The notes beneath the pieces were generated by a model, which had not been told where the DNA came from, did not search any database, and saw nothing but the letters and a program-made list of their open reading frames with translations. From NCBI GenBank assembly GCA_050015375.1, contig JBEKBN010000007.1, positions 1 to 49,297 of the forward strand: a stretch of 49,297 nt of DNA, read 5' to 3'. This DNA is from Minisyncoccia bacterium (GTDB taxonomy: Bacteria > Patescibacteriota > Minisyncoccia > 2-02-FULL-40-12 > IGHO2-01-FULL-4-A). The position numbers and the translations under genes are program-made. Of this stretch, positions 42,889 to 49,297 are shown in pieces (positions within the stretch are counted from its first letter, which is position 1; every line of letters starts with the position of its first letter).

Positions 42889-43077
42889 TTATTTCTGTTT
42901 TATCAACCCGATACCGACAAGTTTCTTTATTTCTCTTTTCACGACTTCGGGATCCTCTTGAACATGATCAGCCAGTTCTCGGACATTAAAACTGGCCGGC
43001 GCATTCCGAAAAATATACTTGAGTATTTTGACCCGCAGGTTCGAACCCAGCAGTTCCTCAAGGATTTTTTTTGACAT
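42889..43077 (-). CDS. proximal part of a split wHTH regulator (ArsR-like helix-turn-helix, 62 aa)
   Basis: LLGSNLRVKILKYIFRN..FNVRELADHVQEDPEVVKREIKKLVGIGLI ends right after the recognition helix. Confidence 0.6.
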   Translation of the reverse strand: MSKKILEELLGSNLRVKILKYIFRNAPASFNVRELADHVQEDPEVVKREIKKLVGIGLIKQK

Positions 43078-43148
43078 GTGGGTAAGGGATTGATTACAAT
43101 GATAATAGTGACTACGACAAACTTATTAAATAAGCGGGATAAAGTCAA

Positions 43149-43226
43149 CCCCGTTAGAAAGTGTTACTTACTTAGACAAATTATGTGGACGAGTACAAAC
43201 TACTTAAGCAGGACTTTCTAACGGGG
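43149..43226 (+). repeat. type-D hairpin (CCCCGTTAGAAAGT/ACTTTCTAACGGGG)
   Basis: 14-bp perfect arms with a 50-nt loop. Both ends are flanked by TCAA. Confidence 0.7.
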
Positions 43227-43233
43227 TCAACAG

Positions 43234-45315
43234 GTGGAAAAAATATCTCTAAAACCGAGTTTCCGAGAAATCCTCCACAAGGGCAATGAACCAGAAGTTT
43301 TTTTCGATATCCTGTCTTTTCCGGGCTCAACCACCCAAGAGAAAAATTTGGGCTCTCTCATTGTTTTAAGCTACCTCCGCCAGAAAGAAAACGACTTGTC
43401 TTACCTTGTCAGTTTGGTTTCATCGCTCGCCAAGCGCGAATTTTATTCTCCCCGCTCCATCACCGAACAAGACCCCAAAGCCGCTTTTGAACGAACCTTG
43501 AAAAAGTTGAATGAGATCTTGGTTGAATATTTTGAAAAACAGGATTTTTCGCTGAATCTCGGCTTGGCGGCGATCTCGGGTGACAATATTTTTATCTCGC
43601 GGCTGGGCAGGTTTAAAGTCGCCCTGACCCGAGATAACGAGTACATCGACATCCTCAGCAACGTCAGTTTGTTTAGCAAGGAAGACGGCGCTGAGCGACA
43701 ATTCGCCAATGTCATCTCCGGCAAGCTCAAAGCCGGCGACAAGATTTTCGCCTACTTCCCCATCCGTTCCATTGCCACTCGAGAAAGGATCTTAAATCCC
43801 CTTTTCGTCAGCGAAAAGCAGAATGATTTCGCGAAAAAAATTGACGCTTTGGCCGAAAATTCGGCGACTTTCGCCTGTTGCGGAATTCACATCAATATTA
43901 ACCAGATCAAGGAAATTCCGGTGGAATTCAATTTGCCTCCGGTCTCGCCCGAACCGAAATTGGCGGCGGTTGAGATCGCGCCTGAAATTGGAAAAGCCAT
44001 TGATAAAAAAGCATCAAAAAAAGCCGAGCAGCCGGTCTATCCCGTCCGATCCGTCTATAAACAACCCCCAAACCCCGAATCGGTTGAAACAAAACCCGTG
44101 GCGCCGATCGTCGCCCATCCTGAAATTCTTCCCGAACCGGAAGCCGGCGCTCATTCTATCGGCCCAACAAATGTCATTCGGGCCGAGCTTTCCGTCGCCA
44201 AAAGGAGCAATTTTGCGACCGGTTTAGCTTCTAAGATCGCCGGCTTGCCTATCTTTAATCGGACAAAAAAATTAAGCGTCGTCGGACGAACCCGCCGAAG
44301 CGGTTTGAAATGGATCGTTATTGCCGTTATCACGGTAGTTGTGGTTTCGTCCGGATGGATGCTCCTCAAGCATCGGGGCAATTCGGCTCAGACCGCGCTG
44401 GTGAAAAAGGCCTCTGATAGTTTGCAATTAGCCAAATCCCGTTTGACCCAAAACGACAGCCGAGACGCCAGAAGTATTCTTCAGGGCGCGCTGGCGGCGA
44501 TCGGTAACGCCACCGGCCAAAATGTGGCGGCGGTGAAGAGTGACATCACCAAAACATTGGACATCATTGACCAAGTCAGCGACAAAAAAGCCACTCAATT
44601 CGCCGATCTGTCATCCCAAAACCCCGGTTTTTCTTTGATCGCCGCTTCCGGCGGGAATGTTTACGCTGTCGGCCAGGACAATAAACTTTATTCAATCACC
44701 GCCAGTAGCAATGCCGTTCTTGGCCAGACAAAATCCACTCCAAAATTCCTGCAAGCGGATAATTCATTCGTCTCCGCTTTTGACGGTAACGGTTCGACGG
44801 CGATCTTTGACTTGAAGAAAAGCAAATTGGCGGAGTTTCAACTTAAAGACGCGGTTACCGCCAATTGCGCCGTTTTTTACCAAAATAATTTATATAATCT
44901 TTCCGGTGGAACCATTTACAAATATGCCGACGCGGTCTCCGGTGGAATTACCCGCGCTGATTGGGGCACCGTGGATAACGCCAGCGGCCCTTTGTCGATC
45001 GCCGCTGACGGAAATATTTTTGTTTTGTCAAAAGACGGAAGCATCACCGAAATGTATAAAGGAAAAAAGACATCCGAGTTCACGCTTTCTGTCGCTCCGA
45101 CCGATCAAAACCAGATCTTCACCAGCAAGGATTCCTCCTTTATCTATTTGGCCGACGCGGCTGACTCGCGGGTATATGTTTTTGACAAAACCAGCGGTTC
45201 CCTGAAAACAACTTATGATGTCAGCAATGTCGGCCAGATCAAAAACATCTCCGTCGCCGATGACGGCACGGTCTGGCTGGCGACAGCCAATTCGATCTGG
45301 CAAGTAAAACCGTAG
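43234..45315 (+). CDS. large membrane protein with a C-terminal beta-propeller-like repeat region
   Basis: 693 aa. Central TM helix WIVIAVITVVVVSSGWMLL. The C-terminal half has repeated motifs of the type YAVG..KLY, IFVLSKDG and VYVFD. GTG start as in the ORF track. Confidence 0.55.
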   Translation: MEKISLKPSFREILHKGNEPEVFFDILSFPGSTTQEKNLGSLIVLSYLRQKENDLSYLVSLVSSLAKREFYSPRSITEQDPKAAFERTLKKLNEILVEYFEKQDFSLNLGLAAISGDNIFISRLGRFKVALTRDNEYIDILSNVSLFSKEDGAERQFANVISGKLKAGDKIFAYFPIRSIATRERILNPLFVSEKQNDFAKKIDALAENSATFACCGIHININQIKEIPVEFNLPPVSPEPKLAAVEIAPEIGKAIDKKASKKAEQPVYPVRSVYKQPPNPESVETKPVAPIVAHPEILPEPEAGAHSIGPTNVIRAELSVAKRSNFATGLASKIAGLPIFNRTKKLSVVGRTRRSGLKWIVIAVITVVVVSSGWMLLKHRGNSAQTALVKKASDSLQLAKSRLTQNDSRDARSILQGALAAIGNATGQNVAAVKSDITKTLDIIDQVSDKKATQFADLSSQNPGFSLIAASGGNVYAVGQDNKLYSITASSNAVLGQTKSTPKFLQADNSFVSAFDGNGSTAIFDLKKSKLAEFQLKDAVTANCAVFYQNNLYNLSGGTIYKYADAVSGGITRADWGTVDNASGPLSIAADGNIFVLSKDGSITEMYKGKKTSEFTLSVAPTDQNQIFTSKDSSFIYLADAADSRVYVFDKTSGSLKTTYDVSNVGQIKNISVADDGTVWLATANSIWQVKP

Positions 45316-45330
45316 AATGAACGTAGATAA

Positions 45331-45504
45331 GAGACGAAATAGCCTTCCAAGCACTCTCGAAGTTGTGGATTGCACGGTCTGGGAAATAAAAAAGCGGTAT
45401 AATGTTTCATAACCGCTTTTTTATTTCCCAGAATCCACAAACTTCGAGAGAACGCAGAATCCTCGCTGGGGATTCAAGTGGTGCTGGGAAGGCCATTTCG
45501 TCTC
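45331..45504 (+). repeat. type-A structured repeat between convergent genes
   Basis: Arms gagacgaaatagccttcc/ggaaggccatttcgtctc. Helix ctctcgaagttgtggatt/aatccacaaacttcgagag. GCACGG at 45372-45377, TATAAT at 45398-45403, TCGCTGGG at 45463-45470. Confidence 0.8.
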
Positions 45505-45509
45505 AAATT

Positions 45510-45890
45510 TTATTTGAGTTCAACAGTTCCACCCGCCTCTTCCAATTTTTTCTTCAATTCCTCGGCTTCGTCTTTCTTGGCGCCTTCTTTAACTACGACC
45601 GGAACGGCATCGGTCATATCCTTAGCTTCCTTGAGCCCTTTGCCGGTCGCTTCCCGGATGACTTTTATTACCTGTATCTTCGATTGGCCGGCCTCTTTCA
45701 AAATGACATTGAAAGAATCCTTTTCCTCCACAACACCTTCGCCGGCATCGCTCGCCGTAGCTCCAGCGGCGGCGGGCGCTGATATCATCGCCGCCGAGAT
45801 GCCGAACTTTTCCTCAATGGCTTTGACCAATTCGTTTAGTTCAACGACGGTCATCTTCTCGATTTGTTTGATTATTTCTTCGTTTGACAT
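45510..45890 (-). CDS. rplL: 50S ribosomal protein L7/L12
   Basis: [30 protein letters not shown]...[16 protein letters not shown]. Confidence 0.95.
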   Translation of the reverse strand: MSNEEIIKQIEKMTVVELNELVKAIEEKFGISAAMISAPAAAGATASDAGEGVVEEKDSFNVILKEAGQSKIQVIKVIREATGKGLKEAKDMTDAVPVVVKEGAKKDEAEELKKKLEEAGGTVELK

Positions 45891-46037
45891 GCTAGAATTG
45901 TCTGCGAGCTAGCTTGTAAAGCGCAGCGAGTAGATAACAATTCTTGCACCCAGCACATATTTCGTGTTGCGAAATATGTGCTGGGTAAGCGACTGTTTCC
46001 GTGCTCGCTTCGCTTTGCTCAACTGCGCTCGGACATT
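45891..46037 (-). repeat. type-C rod-like cassette, copy C4, between rplJ and rplL
   Basis: In gene sense: AATGTCCGAGCGCAGTTGA(rplJ stop)GCAAAGCGAAGCGAGCACGGAAACAG..ACCCAGCACATATTTCGCAACACGAAATATGTGCTGGGT..GAATTGTTATC..CTAGCTCGCAGACAATTCTAGC-ATG. Confidence 0.8.
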
Positions 46038-46516
46038 CGACTTATTTGACCCAAGACATTCGCCAAACTCGACAGCGGATATTTCAGCAATCCCAGAAAT
46101 CTGGCGATCATCACATCTTTGGTTGGTAATTTGGCAAATTCGATGAGGTCTTTGTTGTCCAGTATTTTATCACCGAATATCGCGCTGAATAATTTCAACG
46201 CCGGGTTCTTCCGGGAAAATTCATAGACCGACTTGGCGGCGGCGGATACTTCTCCGTAACCAAAAACCACGCCCAGAGAGCCGTCATAGCCGAAAATATC
46301 TACTTTTCCATCCAGCGCCTTGTCAAGCAGTGTCTTTTTTTCGACGGCATATTCTGACTCGACGGCCCGCAAACTTCGTTTCAACGCCTGCATGCTTTTG
46401 ACGTTCAAACCCTTTTCCCCCGCTCTTGAAAATGAGGTAAAAACTGTCAATTTCGACTTCGCCAATTTCTCTTTCAACTTGGCTAATTCCTTCTTTTTTT
46501 GTTCGAATGATTTCAT
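46019..46516 (-). CDS. rplJ: 50S ribosomal protein L10
   Basis: MKSFEQKKKELAKLKEKLAKSKLTVFTSF..GLNVKSMQALKRSLR. The last 7 codons and the stop lie inside cassette C4. Confidence 0.9.
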   Translation of the reverse strand: MKSFEQKKKELAKLKEKLAKSKLTVFTSFSRAGEKGLNVKSMQALKRSLRAVESEYAVEKKTLLDKALDGKVDIFGYDGSLGVVFGYGEVSAAAKSVYEFSRKNPALKLFSAIFGDKILDNKDLIEFAKLPTKDVMIARFLGLLKYPLSSLANVLGQISRMSERS

Positions 46517-46538
46517 AAAACAAAAAACGGTCATTAAA

Positions 46539-46599
46539 CCGCAGAAAAATCGACCACTATTCGCCTCGATGGGACTTATTGTTCGCCCATTTTCTACGG
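46539..46599 (-). promoter_or_regulatory. possible rplJ leader structure (three-way junction)
   Basis: Minus strand: ccgtagaaaa ... ttttctgcgg encloses tggg..ccca and tcga..tcga hairpins. Followed by cgg-tttaatga-ccg-TTTTTT about 20 nt before the ATG. Confidence 0.3.
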
Positions 46600-46635
46600 C
46601 AAAAGAATGTTATCAAAATTCGATTTTCAAGTCAA

Positions 46636-46684
46636 CCCCGTAGTGAAACCTTGATGCCGAAGGTATTTCTGGAAGTTCACGGGG
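46636..46684 (+). repeat. type-D hairpin (CCCCGTAGTGAAAC.../...GTTCACGGGG)
   Basis: Shares AACCCCGTAGTGAAAC with 39776-39791. Both ends are flanked by TCAA. Confidence 0.6.
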
Positions 46685-46689
46685 TCAAA

Positions 46690-47202
46690 TCAGTGGCAAA
46701 TCGGGCAATTTTGTTTGTTTATCTGTAAACTGCAATCAGCCGCGCTTTGGTCCTCTATCGCTATGTCATTTTCATCATAACAAAGACCGCTTGGACTGGT
46801 TACGCCGCTACCACCTGAGTTGGAACTGCTCGCCGGTTTTGAACCAGTGCCAGCACTCGGATTGGACACTGAGTTAGACGACTGATTTACTAGTCCGCTG
46901 AAATCAAAGGAGTTTGAGACCAAGTCCGGATTGATGACATACAAAATAAGATAGGCCGAGAACAAAATGATAGCGCCAATAACGGCGTTCTTCATTATAT
47001 CCTGCGCTTTGTGAATATTGCCCGGGTTGGCGGCGGCGGTCAGATACAAAAATCCGCCCCAAAGGAATCTGACGAATATCAAAATACCGACGATGGTTAT
47101 CGAAAAAGAATATATACTGCCCATGAAATCACCGATGTTCTGCGAGGTGCTGAAATCAGGTAAAGCGACGGCGGCATGGGCGATGTTGATCAGGAAATTC
47201 AT
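46690..47202 (-). CDS. T4SS-pilin-like (TrbC/VirB2-type) membrane protein with a Ser/Cys-rich tail
   Basis: IVGILIFVRFLWGGFLYLTAAANPGNIHKAQDIMKNAVIGAIILFSAYLILYVINP resembles the pilin family common in CPR genomes. Confidence 0.6.
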   Translation of the reverse strand: MNFLINIAHAAVALPDFSTSQNIGDFMGSIYSFSITIVGILIFVRFLWGGFLYLTAAANPGNIHKAQDIMKNAVIGAIILFSAYLILYVINPDLVSNSFDFSGLVNQSSNSVSNPSAGTGSKPASSSNSGGSGVTSPSGLCYDENDIAIEDQSAADCSLQINKQNCPICH

Positions 47203-47204
47203 AT

Positions 47205-48362
47205 TTATTTCAGGTATTTAACTCTGTTCCTTTCCTGCTCGGCTCCTGTTTTGGCATAGATCGTTGTTCCGTCTTTGGCGCTAAGATAATACAAATATTG
47301 GCTCGGCAATGGATTCAACGCGGCGCCGATCGCCTGCAAACCCGGATTGGAGATCGGTCCGGTTGGCAAACCTTTGCGCGTATATGAATTATACAACGAA
47401 TCGACTTTTAGATTATCAACAATGTCCGCTTGCGAAACATCGCAATAAGCGAGAACGGGAACGGAGGTTTTGACCGGAGCTATCAGGGCTTCGACATTTT
47501 GGGATTTAGGCGCCAATGCTGGGCCGAAGCAAACGCCGTAGGCGACCGTGGCGTCAAGTTCCAATTTCATTCCCAGAGCCAGCCGTTTTTTGATGATGCC
47601 GGCGACAAGACGCATGTCTTTTTCGCTTCGGACTTCTTTTTCAAGCATTGATGCGACGATAACGGCATTCTTCAGTTTGGCCGGGTCCTTTATCTTTCCA
47701 TCCGGTCCGATGAGATTTGGAAAATTGAGGGCGATCTGCTTGTTGAAATTGTCTTTCATTTTTTCCAGCACTTGCGAGACGATCTCCTGCGTATAGGCGG
47801 CCTCGCGGCCTTCGGATTTGCCTTTGCTGATGATATATGTGTCGGGAAAAAGATAGCCCTCGTCGGCCATCGTTTCGGGCGTGACGAAATCGGCCGCTTT
47901 TATCAGGTCGGCATTTTCCAGCCGTTTGCCCATTTCGGCGATGTTGTCGCCTTCAAAAAAGGTCACGGTTATGTCCTCGGTCGTCGTCAAACCGTTGCCG
48001 ATGATATTCACCAATTCGGGTACGGTCATGGCCGGTGAAAGCAAATAGAGGCCGGCTTCGAGCCGGTCGAGTTTGCCGTCGGCCAGCGCGTAGGCGAGAA
48101 AAAGATAACGGCTGTTTATCAAACCGGCTTTTTCCAATTGATTCGCGATCTGAATCGAACTCTCCCCTTTTTCAAAAACGACCTTGACTTTCTCGGCATG
48201 AATTTTTTTTGGGACAAAAACTAAAATGCAAGAACTGATGATCACTACCAGCAAAATTGCACCGACCAGCCGGCCGATCTCTTTCGTTTCCGCGGATTGA
48301 AAAACTTTTTTCAGTGATTTAGCTGATTTTCCCAGAAATTTGTAGAAACGACGATTAGGCAC
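47205..48362 (-). CDS. mltG: endolytic murein transglycosylase MltG (YceG-like)
   Basis: N-terminal TM helix, VIVASMLEKEV, YNSYTRKGLPTGPISNPG. GTG start. Confidence 0.88.
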   Translation of the reverse strand: MPNRRFYKFLGKSAKSLKKVFQSAETKEIGRLVGAILLVVIISSCILVFVPKKIHAEKVKVVFEKGESSIQIANQLEKAGLINSRYLFLAYALADGKLDRLEAGLYLLSPAMTVPELVNIIGNGLTTTEDITVTFFEGDNIAEMGKRLENADLIKAADFVTPETMADEGYLFPDTYIISKGKSEGREAAYTQEIVSQVLEKMKDNFNKQIALNFPNLIGPDGKIKDPAKLKNAVIVASMLEKEVRSEKDMRLVAGIIKKRLALGMKLELDATVAYGVCFGPALAPKSQNVEALIAPVKTSVPVLAYCDVSQADIVDNLKVDSLYNSYTRKGLPTGPISNPGLQAIGAALNPLPSQYLYYLSAKDGTTIYAKTGAEQERNRVKYLK

Positions 48363-48382
48363 GACAGGTTTGAATGGGAGAT

Positions 48383-48421
48383 GGCGGTGGGGCGGCGCGC
48401 TTCGCGCGCCGCCCCACCGCC
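48383..48421. repeat. perfect 18-bp GC palindrome 20 nt upstream of the mltG start
   Basis: ggcggtggggcggcgcgc-ttc-gcgcgccgccccaccgcc. The apex on the gene strand is GCGAAGC. Confidence 0.9.
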
Positions 48422-48433
48422 GCTAAAAAATTC

Positions 48434-49297
48434 TTACTCCAGCGGCGCTTTGCTGGTCACTTTTGCCGGCGGAATTTCACGTTGGCCGGCTTCCAGCGAT
48501 GCTATTTTGTCGATGACTGTCTGATTGTCTTTATTCACATCCAAGCTTAATATCTTCTGCAATTGAGCTATCGCATCCGGAATTTTGCCCTGTTCCTCGA
48601 GCATCAAGGCCAAATACCAGCGGGCGTTGGAGTAATCGCTGAATATATTGACGGCGGCGGTCATGGCCGAATATGCTTGGCCTTTCTGATTGTTGCGATA
48701 ATAAAGCAGGCCCAGTTCAAATTGCAATTCGGCATTGTTTTGCTGACCGTTGGCGACAAGGATCTCGAGTTGCTTGATGGCTTCAGGCAATTGATTTTCT
48801 AATTGGTAGACCTGGCTAAGATAATAATAAGCGTTGGCCTCGTCCGGTTTCAATGTGATGACCTGCTTGTAAACGATCTCCGAATTGTTCAGATCGCTAG
48901 TTATCAGATCGGTCACCGCTTTTTCGTTTGTGACGGTTTGATTTTTTGCTTTCGCGTTCGCTAAAGCCGTTTCATTTTGTATCGCCTGATTCAACGCCAC
49001 CGTTCCGATCTTCAAATATCCCGTAACATTGCTCGGCGCCCTTTTAGTATATTCGGTGTAGGATTTTATGGCGTAATCGTCGGCTCCACTCAATATTTGA
49101 TCCAGGTTTTGGAAAACATCCCCCGCGTCCAGCCAGCTATTCGGATCGTTGGGATATTTCGTCGTCATAAGATTGGCTGTGTCAACGGCGGATTTGGTCA
49201 AGACCTGAAGTCGAGCTGTGATGTCGGCTGGTTTGTCAGTTTTGTTGGCCAATTCAGTACTGATCTTATCGGCATACAATTGACTCAACTTGTTCAA
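48434..49297 (-). CDS. TPR-repeat protein, N-terminus outside window
   Basis: Repeated A..YY.L..VY....Q...A...L 34-residue units. The ORF runs to the window edge. Confidence 0.7.
   Translation of the reverse strand: MNKLSQLYADKISTELANKTDKPADITARLQVLTKSAVDTANLMTTKYPNDPNSWLDAGDVFQNLDQILSGADDYAIKSYTEYTKRAPSNVTGYLKIGTVALNQAIQNETALANAKAKNQTVTNEKAVTDLITSDLNNSEIVYKQVITLKPDEANAYYYLSQVYQLENQLPEAIKQLEILVANGQQNNAELQFELGLLYYRNNQKGQAYSAMTAAVNIFSDYSNARWYLALMLEEQGKIPDAIAQLQKILSLDVNKDNQTVIDKIASLEAGQREIPPAKVTSKAPLE

Noticed and set aside
6698-45504. Considered whether the many repeated palindromic units represent a CRISPR array or degenerate arrays.
   Set aside because: The copies are dispersed one per intergenic gap and are not in tandem with regular spacers. 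Units are 150-250 nt with nested structure, and no cas genes are present.

Overview
49.3-kb chromosomal window, probably from a small-genome Patescibacteria/CPR-type bacterium. That placement is inferred from gene content only: a T4SS-pilin-like protein, DUF378, a free-standing LAGLIDADG gene, a helicase-motif-poor PriA and many leaderless-looking genes. I call about 57 CDS, mostly housekeeping. They include an envelope-glycan cluster (O-antigen-ligase-like fragment, two GT2, LCP, S41 protease) and ribosomal proteins L9, L27, L21, L10 and L7/L12. Also present are gltX, cysS, priA, def-fmt, a ZnuBC-like metal ABC pair, efp, hrcA-grpE-dnaK-dnaJ with a CIRCE operator, an NRAMP transporter, dnaB-recR, the dcw cluster mraZ-rsmH-ftsL-ftsI-murF, and mltG. 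There are two intact tRNAs (Val-CAC, Glu-CUC). A third tRNA-Glu is interrupted by a 166-nt insertion that itself carries the intact tRNA-Glu. I found no obvious novel protein system (no CRISPR, cas, transposase, RT or recognisable defence operon). The unusual content is non-coding: almost every intergenic gap holds nested palindromic structured repeats. (A) Ten copies of a modular element with a GCAYGG junction and a TCGCTGGG-loop hairpin, whose stems covary. (C) Four copies of a ~145-nt rod-like cassette that ends directly at the ATG of rplI, mraZ, rplL and the distal half of a split regulator gene. (D) CCCCGT...ACGGGG hairpins. There are also perfect GC palindromes just upstream of start codons, a 38-nt ATTCGTA-repeat block, GATTCAT-type heptamer tracts embedded in frame in four unrelated genes, and a 29-nt perfect hairpin in frame in a glycosyltransferase. 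All coordinates, alignments and pairings were done by eye. No statistics, folding or database searches were run.
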